DNA from: the human T2T-CHM13v2.0 reference genome, Homo sapiens
Reading direction: 5' to 3' (one strand)
DNA: 64,000 bases
Assembly: GCF_009914755.1 (NCBI RefSeq)
Contig: NC_060939.1
Every line of letters begins with the position of its first letter. Position 1 is the stretch's first letter. Made by a program: the position numbers and the translations under genes. The notes below the pieces were generated by a model. The model searched no databases and was not told the origin of the DNA. It saw only the letters and a program-made list of their open reading frames with translations. This document shows positions 1-14,559 of the stretch, piece after piece.

Positions 1-1939
1 GGTTGAGATCATTTGAGTGGCAAGTATACAATAGACTCAGGAATTCAGCCTTTGTCTGAGAATCCCCCAAATAACCAGGGCTTAATAGGAGGTAAGATTC
101 GTAGAGGCCTGGGGAACTGTGAGTGGGGAGTAGATTTTAGATCTGGGCATCTGCCGTGGAAGTACCCCGATTTTGGGTCTTTAGTCTTTGTACTATTTCA
201 TTTTCTTCATTATTGTCTTACAATTGTGTACTCTCTAGGAAATTAGTCAGAATGCATAAGAATTATTGAACATTTTATATTCACTTACACATCAGAACCA
301 CACTTAGATTTCTGTGTAAGGAGAATAGATAGAACTCAGTTAAGAAAAGAGAGTAGGAGAAAAGGAAGGATTCAGGAGAAAGAGCTCACAATAACTGAAA
401 CTCTAAGATCTCTAATTGTAAACATTCAGGGCACGATGGAACTGCAACTATGAAACTGAACTCATAAACAAACTCTGAGTTATAGAAATGAAGAGCATGA
501 ACAGTGAATATGAGTAAATGGGAGTCAAATGGGGGAGAGGTCGCTAAGAGCCAGAGGAAATCTTCCCAACCTGATCAAGCAGCTTAAAGTTCAGAGATTT
601 TCTTCACCCTGACAATAACAACTCTCAGAATGAGAAACACTGCTTTAATTCATAATTTCAATGACACAGGAAGTCATTATTTAAATTTTCTTGTAGGGTC
701 AAGGATTCAGAGGTTGACTTGAAACTACAAAGCATGTTAAACTCCTTTTGCAGGGTTAAAGCCCTCTATATCTACATATGTTATACCATATATATTGACT
801 ACACGGATACAATTTGTATGTAATTCCATTCCCAAAAGTCATGGAGGAGGCAATGCATCTTATACTCAATTGCCACCAAAGAGCACAAGAATGAATGCTT
901 AAGTCCAGACACTGATACATCCCCCTAAATTTTCAAAGCATGGCTTGTGGTTCCAGCCCCCTGACTCCCATTCCCTGTAATGGAAGTCAGGTGGCAAAAC
1001 TCTAACGCAAACTCCTTGGAAATCTAGAAGACGGCATAATGATGTTCTTTGTTTTCACTACGGAAACATTTATATGGGACACAGGTTCAACTGTCCATGA
1101 AATGATGCACTAATCTCCAGAGTTCACAATGTAATTTGGAGTATATTTTCTTCTCCATGTGCATGCAATTGTGAAGGTAATTGCCACCCTGAAGGTAAAG
1201 AATGCCAAGTGTCCCTCACATAACACACAGCTACATTCTGAACTATCTCAGAGCCAGATATTCCCTTTTTGCCTCCAGAAAAAGTCCAGGGAACTAGCTT
1301 GCATCTAAACTTTTTGCATGCAGCCTTTCTGGAGAACACCCAGTCTTTCCTTGACAAGGCTTGTTGGTTTTCATAAACTAGTTTGTTCAATAATCAGTTC
1401 AATTTCTGGCCTGAATAGCATCATTGATTTAACTCAATAAACCAAAAAACAATTCTCTTGCCTCTCAGATTTATAAATTCTACTTGTATGCCACAGATAT
1501 TTAAAATTTAAAAATTAAGCCAGCTTAAGAATAAACAGGGTTAGTTTTAGATATGCTGGGGACTTATCAAATGCAATGTCAAGCTTCATGACTGAGATCA
1601 CAAGTCAGAAAGTCTTCTATTATATTCAGGAAGTAAAATCACTATCTTACTTTGTGGAAAGTACATTTTTAGAAATTAAAATTAAATGTGTAAAAAAGGG
1701 GCTATCTTAATTTTCAATAGCTACACCCATGATCTCACTACTTAATTATAGACAATTCTAATACTAATATTAAACAATTTTTAACTGTATGTGAAATCCA
1801 CTACAATTTAACTGTCCTATACAACCTAGCACTCAGGGACACACAGTTTGATATCTATTTCATGCCTGATTTTTCTCTTCTGAACTTGACAAAGCACTTC
1901 TCAAGGATGTAACAGAAGTATAAGACAAACTTTTCTTCC

Positions 1940-2012
1940 CTCATAGCACCTGACACAGAGTAGGGTACATTACAGGAGCTCAATAAATGTTTGTGCCTGT
2001 ATTGATTGATTG
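1940..2012 (+). mobile_element. L2 3'-end fragment
   Basis: catagcacctgacacagagtagg...gctcaataaatgtttg...attgattg resembles the L2 3' terminus. Confidence 0.55.
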
Positions 2013-2446
2013 CTAGCATTCTGCTTTGTGATTCCTTTTAATATTTCAGATGCAGAAAGGTCATTATCATAATCATTGTAAACGTCATTTATCTGTTTAT
2101 GACACTGTTCTGGGTGCTACATAAAATTTAGCAGTGAGATCTCAAAACTATAGGAATAACTGAATGGACATTGACAGACACACTCATCAGGAAAGATGGC
2201 ACATGGGGTTAGAGTTTGGAGTGATTCACCTAAACATTTAAAATTACATTCATTGAATTTATATAATCTACTACTTCTTTCCAAAAATAATTTCAAGCAT
2301 CTTACAGCAAAAAAATGATAAGGTTATAATATAAAATAAGATACCTGGACTAATGTAAGAAACCAGTAGAATGATAAGAGAGCGAAACTGAATGAAGAGA
2401 AAGTGAATTTCCCTGCAGTTCTGGCAAGGAGAGAACTATCCTAGGC

Positions 2447-2654
2447 CAGAGTTTCTCAACTCTGATGCTGTACCATTGACATTTTGGGCTGGACAATTTC
2501 CTACTGTGGCAGGCTGCCCTAGTGCATTGTAGGATGTTTTCGAGCAGCATCCCTGGACTCTAACCACTAGATGCCAGTAGTGCCTCCCTTCCTCCCCTCC
2601 TGTTGTGATGACCAATAATGCCTCCAGATCTTTCCCCTCATTTGAGAATCACTG
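2447..2654 (-). mobile_element. MER20 (hAT-Charlie non-autonomous DNA transposon)
   Basis: TIR-like ends cagagtttctcaa / ttgagaatcactg; core catccctggactctaaccactagatgccagtag is the reverse complement of the MER20 core. Confidence 0.85.
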
Positions 2655-2656
2655 CC

Positions 2657-4440
2657 TGTCTCATTTCATTTAGGCTGCTATAACAAAATATCTTAAACTG
2701 GGTAATTTATAAAAAACAGATCTATTGCTCACAGTTCTGGAGGTGAAGAATTTCAAGATCAAAGTGCCAGCAGATTTGGTGTCTGGTGAGGACCTGTTCC
2801 CCAAAGATTGCACCTTCTGTGTCTTCACCTGGTGGAAGGAATGGAAGGGGCAAGGCCACTCCCTTCAACCTCTTTCATAAGGGCACTGATCTCATTCATG
2901 AGAGCAGAGCCCTCTTGACTTAATGACTTCCCTAACAGCCCCATCTCTTAATACCATCACCACTGGGGTTAGGTTTCAGCATACGAATTTTGGGAGAACA
3001 CCAACATTCAGGCCATAGCATTCTGCCCCTGCCCCCTCCAATTAATGCTTTTTGCACATACAAAATATATTCGCTCCATCCCAATAGCCCCAAAGTCTTA
3101 ACTTGTTCTAGCAAGCTGTGTTCTTGCATGCTGTGTGTCTGCAGAGTTAGTACCACATGAATGCTGCAATGATTTATTTCTTGTACTTTTTGGAAAGGTG
3201 GCCTGAGCCACACCTAAACCTGTTTGAGCCACAGCTGGGGCAGTCAAGGAGCATTACACTGGAATCCAAGGAGCAGAACCTTGCAATTGTTCTACCTCCA
3301 AGGCCTTGGCATTCTGGGCCTGTCTGGGTGGGGCAGCCACACAGATCTTGGAAATGCCTTTAGAATTCTTCCTCCATCATCTTGATAAATAGCATCTGAC
3401 TTCCTTCTAGCCATACTAATTTCATTATCAAGCATTTGCTTGGCCAAACACAGGGTATTCTCTCTTGAACACTGTTTTATATTAATTACAACATGGTCAG
3501 GTTGAGAATTGTCCAAATCTTTAAGTTCTGTTTCATTTTAGATTAAGTTCATTTTTAATTTGTTTTTCTCTTCTCGCATTTTGCTATAAGTAGTCAAGAG
3601 AAGCCATGCTGCACCCTCGACACTTTGCATAGAGATTTCTTCCACCAAATCTAGTTTATTACTCAGAAGTCTGCCTTCCACAAAACACTAGATCATTAAC
3701 ACAGTGCAGCCAAGTTTTCTGCCACTTTTATAACAAGGATTATCTTTCCTCTAGTTTTCTCTGTTTCCTCTGAATACTGTTCCTCATTTCCTTCTAAGAT
3801 GTCAAAAGAATGGCCTTTACCATCCATATATCTACCAACATTCTAATTATAACCACTTAGGTAATCTCTAAGAAGATTAAGGCATTCTCTGCAGCCCTGC
3901 TTTCTTTCTGAGACCTCACCAAAATTATCCTTAAGGTTATTTTTTATGGCAATATAGGCTTTTCCTAGCCTGCTCCTCCAAACTCTTCTAGCTCTTGCCA
4001 ATTACCCATATCTAAAGCTGCTTCCACTTTTTTAGGTATTTGTTACAGCAGCACCCCAGTTCTCAATACCAATTTCTATCTCAGTCTGTTTGGGATGCTA
4101 TAAGAAAATACCTTAGACTGGGTAATTTATAAACAACAGAAATTTATTGCTCACAGTTCTGGAGTCTGGGAAGTCCAAGATCAAGGCACCAGTAGATTTG
4201 ATGTCTTTAGTAGAACCTATTCTTCATAGATGGCACCTTCTGTGTCCTTACGTTATGGAAAGGAAAGAAGAGGGAAGGAAGCTCCTTTCAACTTGTTTTA
4301 TAAGGACACTCATCCCTTTCATGAAGGTGGAGCCTTCATGATTTAATCACTTTCCAAAAGGCCCTTTTAGTATGATCACCTTGGGGGTTAGGTTTCAACA
4401 TATTAATTTTAAAGGTAAATCAATATTTAGACCATAATGT
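2657..4440 (-). mobile_element. MaLR (MST/MLT1A-type) LTR retroelement with both LTRs (~2657-3020, ~4077-4440) and ~1.05 kb internal region
   Basis: Two direct copies of gctataa..aaata..tta.actgggtaatttataaa.aacaga...gctcacagttctggag...caagatcaa; MST-int-like sequence between them; typical junction accaatttc|tatctcagtc. Confidence 0.85.
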
Positions 4441-4587
4441 TACCCTAGGTGATCTAGCTTTCATTTTAAGGATGGAGAAAGTTCAACTCAGTTCTTGGGG
4501 TTTGGAGTACATGAGAGAGACACAATTATTTTGTGACATTTATTTTTGAAACAAACTTTAATAAAACATGAACAATTTTAATTGATA

Positions 4588-4830
4588 ATAATAATAGCTA
4601 ATATTTATTGAGCACTAATTATGAGCCAGCTGCTGAAGTAGGTACTATACACACATGATCTCATTTACTCCTGCATATTGATCTCAGTTATTCCTGGAGT
4701 AGTATTGTGATCCTTACTTTATAGCTAAATAAACTCTGACTTAGATTAAGCAGTTTACCCAAGGTCATACAGTAAATGGCAGCTTTGGGATTCAAACCCA
4801 AGCAATGTGAGATTAGAGCCACCACTCTGA
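4588..4830 (-). mobile_element. MIR SINE
   Basis: taataatagctaatatttattgagcact...ttacccaaggtcatacag...gggattcaaacccaagc. Confidence 0.75.
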
Positions 4831-5199
4831 GTTATCAACAACAGCCTTATGGAAATATTACATTGCTGATTTTTGCATGGCTCTTCTGTAAAAGTAGAAG
4901 ATATGAAATTGAAGCACAAACTAGGAAAGGCAATTAACAACTCCTCAATAGGCTATTGAAAGCAGTCCCCAGTCTACAGAAGTAACTGAGTGACAGCTGT
5001 CCATACTGTATGTTGGTCATAATTGCAGATGATGCTATGTCAGAGTAACAGCAAGGAGGCTGCCTAAATTTCCATGTCTTTGTCTACTTGTCAAAACTTG
5101 AGTATTGACGGGACTTTTCATTTGAAGTATCCTAGGATTTAACTATCTTTTTTTTCCCATACATTTCAATAAAATGTTGTATCACACTGTGGAGTGAGA

Positions 5200-5320
5200 G
5201 GAAATCTGAAAAAGAGCTCAGAATTAAACAGATCCAGGTTGAATCATGGTACTAAAACCTACAGCTATGTAACTTTAAAAAACTATTTGACCTCTCTGTT
5301 ATCTGTAAATGGGTGTATGA
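5200..5320 (+). mobile_element. MIR 5' part, interrupted by Tigger3b
   Basis: agatccaggttgaatc...agctatgtaacttt...ctctctgttatctgtaaatggg. Confidence 0.6.
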
Positions 5321-5329
5321 CTATATATA

Positions 5330-6575
5330 GAGTTATGCCTCACTTAACAACAGTGATATGTTTTGATTTCATCATTGTGCAAACATCATGAGTTTACTTA
5401 CACAAACCTGCCTACACGGTAGTAGCTTACTACACTTCTAGGCTATGTGATATAGCCTATTGCTCCTAGTCTACAAACCTGTACAACATGTTACAGTACT
5501 GAATATTATGGACAACTATAACACAATAGTAAGTATTTGTGTAACTAAACATAGAAAAGATACAGTAAAAATACAGCATAAAATATTTAAAAAATGGTAC
5601 ATCTATATGTGGCACTTACCATGAATGGAGCTTGCAAGACTAAAAATTACTCTGGGTGAGTTGGTGAGCGAGCAATGAGAGAATGTGAAGGCCTAGGATA
5701 TAATTGTACACTACCATAGACTTAAAAAACACCATGCAGTTGGATTAAATTTACAAAAATTCTTTCTTCAATAGTAAATTAACTTTCCTTGTTAGGATAC
5801 TGGTAAGTAAAAAAAAAATGTTAGCCTTAGCTTACTAATTAACCTTAACTTACGAATAAAAGTAATTCTTTTACTTTATAAACTTTTTAATAGTTTTTAA
5901 CTTTTTTCTCTTTTATAACAACACAGTTCAAAACAAACACATTGCACAGCTGTACACAAATATTTTCTTTCTTTATATGTGTTCTATAAGCTTTTTTCCA
6001 TTTAAAAATTTATTTTTACTCTTTAAAGTATTTTTGTTGACACTGCAAACACACACATTAGCCTAAGCCTAAACAGAGTCAAAATAATCAACATCACTGT
6101 CTTCCACCACCACATCTTGTCCCACTATAAGGTCTTTAGGGACAATAACATACATGAAGCTGTCATCTCCTATGAGAACACTACCTTTTTCTGGAACATC
6201 TCCTGAGGGACCTGCCTGAGGCTATTTTATAGTTCACTTTTCAAAATAAGTTACAAGGAGTACACTCTAAAATAATGATAAAAGTATAATATAGTATTAA
6301 CACACACATAAACCAGTAACATAGTTGTTTACTATCACTATCAAGTATTACATACTGCACATAATTGTATATGCTATACTTTTATTCAACTGGCAGTGCA
6401 GTAGGTGTGTTTAAACCAGCATCACCACAAACACATGAGTAATGCATTTTGCCGCAACATTATGGTGACCATTGCTAGGTGATAGGATTTTTTCAGCTCT
6501 GCTATAATCTTATGGGACCAGCATCCTATATGTGGTCCATCATTGACTGAAACATTGTTATGAGATACATCACTT
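5330..6575 (+). mobile_element. Tigger3b (Golem/MER7B; TcMar-Tigger non-autonomous DNA transposon), full length
   Basis: Start agttatgcctcacttaacaac, end tgggacca...cattgactgaaacattgttatgagatacatcactt; TA on both flanks; ~1.25 kb; internal gcctattgctcctag.ctacaaacctgtac. Confidence 0.85.
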
Positions 6576-7619
6576 TATATATTTTCAGAAATGTCATAAG
6601 AATTATAAACATATAAATATAAATATTTAGTAAATATAAACATTTAATAAATAAAATTTATTAATTTTTGTATAATTTTAAAATATTTAAGAAATACAAT
6701 TATTTGCTATATTTGTTTTGGGAAATTTGTGGAACTTAATATAATGAGAAGAGTAGTAGTGATAATAGTGGCAAATTCCAGTGCCATTTTTTCCCAGGAA
6801 AACATATCTTGACAAATACTCTACTTCTGCAGGTGGAAAAAAGCCTTTGGTTTTTGTTGACTTATCAAATATCAGCTCTGGTAGCAAATTTCTACTCTAC
6901 TATTTCTACTATTTCCAGCTCTGGCAGAAATTTCTAGTTCAAAAGAGCTAAACTACTTTATCAGATCATAAACTCTTTGTGATCCCTGCCATTGACCCAC
7001 AAGAATCACTTTCACTGTTTTCTTTCTTATTAGGCTCTTAAACAGAATCAAACTATGACTCAAAGATTAGAAATATTTATGCCGACTTGCTGAATACCAA
7101 ATAAATGTCTAATTTTTGACTGATGGGTAATTAATTTCCCTCCTTTGTTATTAATTTTCTGTAGTTTAGTGGATTATGAAACGCATGCAAAGGATGTTAC
7201 AAAGCTCTCAGTTCTAAACCGAGTCATGCATAAACACATATTTTTGGTAACATATTTTAAAAATATGTATTTCTACTTTGATAATGGTGAAGTGCTTCAG
7301 CAAGTATTCTTGAGTACCTACATAGGCCATGCAGGAAATTTAAGATGTATAAAATTCAATTTAGCTGCTGTCAACAAACCTATAATTGCTAGTATAAACA
7401 AGACACATGTAGACAGCCTTGGAATGTGCTATAGGAATTCAGAAAAGGAGGAGCAAGAATAAACTGGAGACATTGTGGGAGGCAGAGATAGTAATACACA
7501 TCCCTTTTTAAAAAATGTAAACCATATATATGACATATATATGCACAGAGATATATACACATAAATGTATACCAATACCATATTTCTACCACACAGACGC
7601 ACACTCAAATTTGTATATA

Positions 7620-8060
7620 TTTTGTAGTTCTTTATTTTATAAAAATGAGATTATTCTGTATTTTTTGTGGGCATATTTATATACCAGTGTGTGCAGGTCT
7701 TTTTCATTATTTCAAAAAGTTAAATGATATCATACAATATGGATGTTCCATAATTCAAACATTTTCCTATTTATGCTCATTTAAGTGGGTTTTCACATTT
7801 CTTTTTCCATGAAAACTGCTATAAGGAACATTCTTGCTTTCCTATGCAAGCGATTCTGTAGGCTATAGTTCTAAAATGGAATCCCTGGATCAAATGGCAT
7901 GCATATTTAAAAAGCATTATTGGCTTGACCAAATTAGCTTCCAGTAAGTTGCTGCCATTTGCAGTCCTATGTAAATAGAGCTCTTTCCTCCATACCTGCA
8001 TAGTATCAGTCTCTTTTATTTTTGCTAATCTAATAGGTGAAAAATGCGATATCTGCTCTA
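7620..8060 (-). mobile_element. Old L1M (L1ME-like) 3' ORF2/3'UTR fragment
   Basis: Degenerate ctggatcaaatggcatgcatattt...ttttgctaatctaataggtgaaaaatg typical of antisense old L1. Confidence 0.65.
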
Positions 8061-8489
8061 AAGAGTGAGATTTTAAAACTTTGAATGACAAGTAAGAAAC
8101 TGAATCCAGGAAAATTCCTTTAGGAAACTATTATTCTAATATGACACAGTTAATCAAGAAAATGAAGAGATAGGCTGTTTTAAAGCAGGGTATTCACACC
8201 ACAAAATAGAATTGATATGGGCTAGGGATAGGTGTGTAAGAGGATGACATGCCCATGAAAATAAAGCACAAAACCTGCCAATATTTGAATACAAAGGCAT
8301 TCTTAAAAATTTATCTCCCTGAAAAAGTGATTTATAGGTCTGTCTTCTAATTTTGCCCATCCCCTTAGGGCTTTTCCTATTCTTATTCTTACTTTTACCT
8401 TCATACTTTTTCTCCAGGAGTATCCTTTATCCTTAACCCCAAGATATATGAAAATAGAATTATATTCCGTTTGGAGTAATAGAAACAGG

Positions 8490-9485
<996 letters not shown>

Positions 9486-9899
9486 TACAATTAATACTTC
9501 TATAAATAATGCAAAACTATTATATCTAGTTTGATCATTTCAAGGAAATAAATATAATTCTGTGAGGTCAGTAATGTTTTAATGAATTACATTATGTTTT
9601 TGCCCTTTCTTTTTTAGAACTCAGGGGCAGAAGGTTGAGTATAGTACTTAAAGCATTTCTCTGGTATGATATTATTTATTACCTTATTCTGTTTTCATTA
9701 TCCCTGACCGTAATACTTATACCTTTCACTACTCCCTAACACTATTTCAATGACCCCCACAAAAATGCTTCTTAAATGTCTCTGAATATGTATATACATT
9801 TAAAAATATACAATGGGCTTTTGTCTATATATCTGTGAGTTACATAAATATTATATTATCAGTATTGTTTTTTTATTTTTGTTATTCTTTTTCACTTTA

Positions 9900-10495
9900 A
9901 TTTTAGAATCTCTTCTTAGTGAAAAAAAAATCCCTTGTTTATTCCTTCTAACTATTGCAAAGTATTTCATATGATGTGCCCTCCATATCTACTTTCAATT
10001 CTATGATGGATATACAGCCTGCTTCTAACTTTTCACCATCACAAAGTTCATGGCAATGAACATTTTACATCTCTCCACTCATGAGCTTACACATGAATTT
10101 CTTTGGATTTTATGTCTGGGGATGGGGTGGCTAGGCCACTGGGTATTTGAGTACTTCATTTTGCAAGCAGTTACCATATTATTCTTCAGAATGGCTGCAC
10201 TAGTCTAGACTCCCAACAACATGAGGGTACTTGTTTGCCCACATCTTTAATAAAACTTACCATTCTCTGACTTTGTGGTATTTGTCAGCTGATAGGTATG
10301 AAGAGTTATGTTATTGTTTTACTTCATTTTACATTGTTCATCTAACTGGTGAGAAATTGCTTTGAAATCTGTTAGTCCTTAATATTTCATCTTCTCTGAT
10401 TGTCTATTAATTTTGTTGGTCTGTTTTTTAATTGAATTTTCTATCTTTTTATTGTTGCCTGGAGGAATTCCTCAATATACTAAACTGTAGTCTTT
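9900..10495 (-). mobile_element. Old L1ME-like fragment (resumes ~12421-12483 and ~12786-13030)
   Basis: cttcagaatggctgcactagtctagactcccaacaac...ccacatctttaataaaactt antisense L1 ORF2 C-terminal region. Confidence 0.6.
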
Positions 10496-10624
10496 ATTTT
10501 TAACTTTTATTTTAGAATACTTTTTCATTTACAGTTCAAAGAATTTCAATATATACTCATCTCACTTTCGCTAATATTAATATATTACATTAGTTAAAAA
10601 ACAGGAAATTATTAGATATTAAAA

Positions 10625-11828
10625 AATAGCTTTATTGAGATATAATTCATATACCATACAATCAATACATTAAAAATGTACATTATTAGTATATTAAATT
10701 ATTAGTATATTTGCAGAGTTGTACAATCATAATCAACTTTAGAATAATTTCATCATTACAGAAAGAAAACCCATACTCATTGGCATCATTCCACATTTCC
10801 ACTCAACAATGTTATAGCCATAAGCAATCACTATTCTATGTTCTGTCTCTATAGATTTGCTTATTCTGAACAGTTAATACAAATAGAATCACAAAACGTG
10901 GTTTTTGTGACTGGCTTCTTTCACTTAGTTAATGTTATTGAGGTTCACTCATGTTGTAACATGTATCAATGCTTATTTTTACTAACAAGTGATATTCCAT
11001 TGTATGGAATTTTGTTAACCCATTCATCAGTTGATGGAAATTTGGGTTGTTTTCCAGTTTTAAGCTATTATGGATAATAGTACTATAAACATTTGTGTAC
11101 AAGTTTTTATGTAGATGTATGTTCATATTTATTTCGGGTGTGCATTTAGGAGTAGAACTGCTAGATAATACACCAACACAATGTTTAACATTCTAAAAGA
11201 CTGTTAAATCATTTTTCAAAGCAATTGCATCATTTTACATACCCATCAGCAATATATGAAAGTTCTATTTTTTCCCCATCTTTGACAATGCTTGTTATTA
11301 TATATATTTTTAAGTATAGCCATCCTATGGATATGACAGCGATATCTCATCATGGTTTTGATTTGCTAGATCATTTCTTTAGAGAAATGTCTATTAAAAC
11401 TATTTGCCCATTTTATCTTTGATTATTTGTCTTTTTAAGTGTTCTTTATATATTCAATATAAATCTGAATTTGTCAGGGTCTCCAGAGTGACAGAACCAA
11501 TAGGATAGATAGATAAACAGATTAGATAGACAGATATCAAGAGACAGACAGAGATATATATAGAGAGATGCATGAGAGGTGATTTATTAGGGGAACTGGC
11601 TCACTCAACAATGGAGACTGAAAGTCCCATGATAGGCCCTCTGCCAGATGGAGAACCAGGGAAACCAATGGTATAACTTCAGTCTGAGGCTGAAAATCTG
11701 AGAATCTGATGGTCTGCTGATGCAAGTCCCAGAGTCCAAAGGCCACAGAGTCTAGAGTTCTGATGTCCAAGGGCAGAAGAAAGGTGTGCCAACTCCAGAA
11801 GACAGAGAGGGAATCCACCTTTCCTCCG

Positions 11829-11862
<34 letters not shown>

Positions 11863-12420
11863 CAGGCCCTCAGCCAACTGGATGGTTTCCACATTGACGT
11901 GGATCTTTCTTTGTTCACTGATTCAAATGCCAATCTCTTCTGGAAACACCCCCACACATATCCAGAAATAATGGTTTACCAGCTGAGTATCCTTCAGTCC
12001 AGCTGAGCTGACACCTGACATTAACTACCACAAAATCCCTTATCAGATACATGATTTGCAAACATTTTATCCCAATCTGCGGGTTTTTTCACTTTCTTGA
12101 TGGTGTTTTTTGAAGAATAAAAGTTTTTAATTTATGAAGTCTATTTTTCCCTTTTGTCATTTATGTGTTTGGTTTTGTAACTAAGAAGCCATTGTGGAAC
12201 CCAATGTCATGAAGATGGACTTCAATGTTTTCTTCTAAGTGTTTTATAGTTATAGATCTATGATCATTTTAGGTTAATTTTTTATGTACAGTGTGTATGG
12301 ATATGAACAAATTTTGTGTATGGGTTTAACTTCATTCATCCTTCTGTCTATGGATACCCAGTTGTCCCAGCACCATTTGTTGAAAAGACCTTCTTCCCCC
12401 ATTGAATTGTCTTGACTCCT
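10625..12420 (-). mobile_element. L1MB-type 3' fragment, interrupted by an MLT2 LTR
   Basis: agctttattgagatataattcatatacc 3' end; cccagttgtcccagcaccatttgttgaaaagac; ORF 10935-11126 resembles the L1 ORF2 C-terminus. Confidence 0.8.
11466..12032 (-). mobile_element. MLT2 (ERVL) solo LTR with 5-bp TSD AAATC
   Basis: TG...CA termini; gtcagggtctccagag..acagaaccaatagga(tag)n; ends ctgacattaactaccaca; AAATC at 11461-11465 and 12033-12037. Confidence 0.88.
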
Positions 12421-12483
12421 ACTTAGTTTTTTAACATTATAAGTATTTTTCCAATCTATTTTCCTGTTAATTTTGTTTATGGT

Positions 12484-12785
12484 TCAGGACAAATAGCTAA
12501 TGCATGTGGGGCTTAATACCTAGGTGACAGGTTGTAGGGGCAGGAAACCGTTGTGGCAAACATTTACCTGAGCGTTGCACACATGTAACAAACCTGCACA
12601 TTCTGCACATGTCTCCCAAAACTTAAAGTAAAATAAAATTAAAAAAGAAATTAAAAACACTAGAAATTATTAGTACATAATAACATTTCACACATAAATT
12701 AGATTTATATGTAGTAAGGAAGTTGTAGTAACAGAGCTATGAAGCATGCTTAGTTTCAGGAAAATAGTTTTTCTCAATTAAAAAA
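12484..12785 (+). mobile_element. 5'-truncated older L1PA 3' end (12484-~12650) plus ~130 bp extra sequence, bounded by a TSD
   Basis: aatagctaatgcatgtggggcttaatacctaggtga...acttaaagtaaaataaaa; direct repeat tttgtttatggt at 12472-12483 and 12786-12797. Confidence 0.8.
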
Positions 12786-14559
12786 TTTGTTTATGGTATC
12801 TTTACATAAAAATACTTGATAGTGTGTAATCAAAACCATTAATATTCCTCCTTATGATATCAGTTTTCTTAAAAAGTTTTTATCATTTCTAAGGTCACAA
12901 AAATATTTTTCTATAATTGTATCAGCTTTATAGTTTTAATTTTCACATTTATGTCTTTAATTTCTCTTCAGTATGCCTCTCTATGGAGTATAAAGTGTAT
13001 ATTCAATAGTATTTTCTCCATATGGCCAGGAAGTTAAGAAAAAACACATCTTTTCAACAGTGGGATACGTGATCTCTCTTGTTCAAATTTATAATCAAAG
13101 GCTTGATAAATTTAGAAAGTTGTCTCATGTTAGAATAATACAGCATCTAGGTTTCTCAGGATAAGGTAGATGAACAAACTCTTATAATGGTGCATCATTG
13201 ATAAAATTTTCTTGTAAAAGACATTTGGCTAAAAGAAATGTTTTAGATCACAGCTAGTTTGGACATTGGTGTTCCTTCTCTTGAATTCGCAAGCAATAGT
13301 GAAGTGATTGAAGTAAAATTCACCCAATACTATTAAAGTTATTCCTCAAAGTCCATATTTCATTGCCTACAAAGGATTATGAAGTAGTCCCAGGTCTGAT
13401 TATAGTTTCTTTTGCCACAGATTTTCCCTGCTATGTATTAAACAGACCACATCGATGTCATGCCACTCACCCACTAAATTAATTATAATCCACAGAAGGA
13501 ACTTGAAAGGACGCCCAAGTGTCTTTAATGTATTCTTTGGAACCATTATAGTCTGTTTTGTTAAGTCATTAAAAAAAATTAGATAATATATTGTGGTCTA
13601 GTCGATGATTTCTTTAGATCTGCCTTAATCTTCTGGATACAGTTGACAATGCTTAAAAATAAAAACTATAACAAATATACAACCTTGAAATCCTTAAAAA
13701 GTTAGCAATGAGAAATACTTTCAAGTGACAACTGATTTTGATAGCAGATTTTTTTTGTATCTACTTGTAATTATTTCAAATGTAGATATAATGGCACTTT
13801 TAAACAGTGAATTAAAAAAAGAATTCAGTCACTTAAGTTGCTAAATTTTTAAGGCAGAAAAGAATTTTTCAGAAATGTGTAGAAACTAGAACTATGAATA
13901 CATTTTGCTTAAGAAAAAATGTACTAATTCTAAAATCTCCCAGTGTGATGACCTTAATATACACTCTAATACAAAGCTTTATTTTAGGAAAACATTCTAA
14001 TGAATATTTTTATTAGAATAAAGAATAACAAAACAGCAGCATGTTTTAACTCCTTAGAGATTTATTCCTATGAATCATTTATTTGAAAAGTCCACAATGA
14101 GGTAAGACTTTCCATATAGTGTATATCACTTACTTTTTTCTCTTTGCAACACTTAGATAGTTCCTTTGGAGTAAGTGCTACAAGTTGTTTCATTTACTGT
14201 TTTTAAATAATACAATTTTTCAGTTCTGAAGAGTCAGGCCAATGAGAATGTACTCCAGGAGACCTAAGTGAATGATGGTGTATTTATGAGTGAACACTAT
14301 GAATCTCATAAATCGACAGAGAAATGGAAGATAAATGGGCTTAGAGCTTAAAAATCTAAACTATATGTATAAAGTCAAGGGATCTTGGTAATGAACCCTC
14401 ACGAACTCTTTCCAAGTGCACATGTCTCAGTTTATCGAGATACTTTGCCTCTCTATAAGAAACTCATTGAAGACAAAATAGAGGCTCTTATTTTATACAT
14501 ATATTGTGTAGCACCTTGAATTTGGCATGAGTTTGAAGTGAATCAGTAAAAAATTTAAA

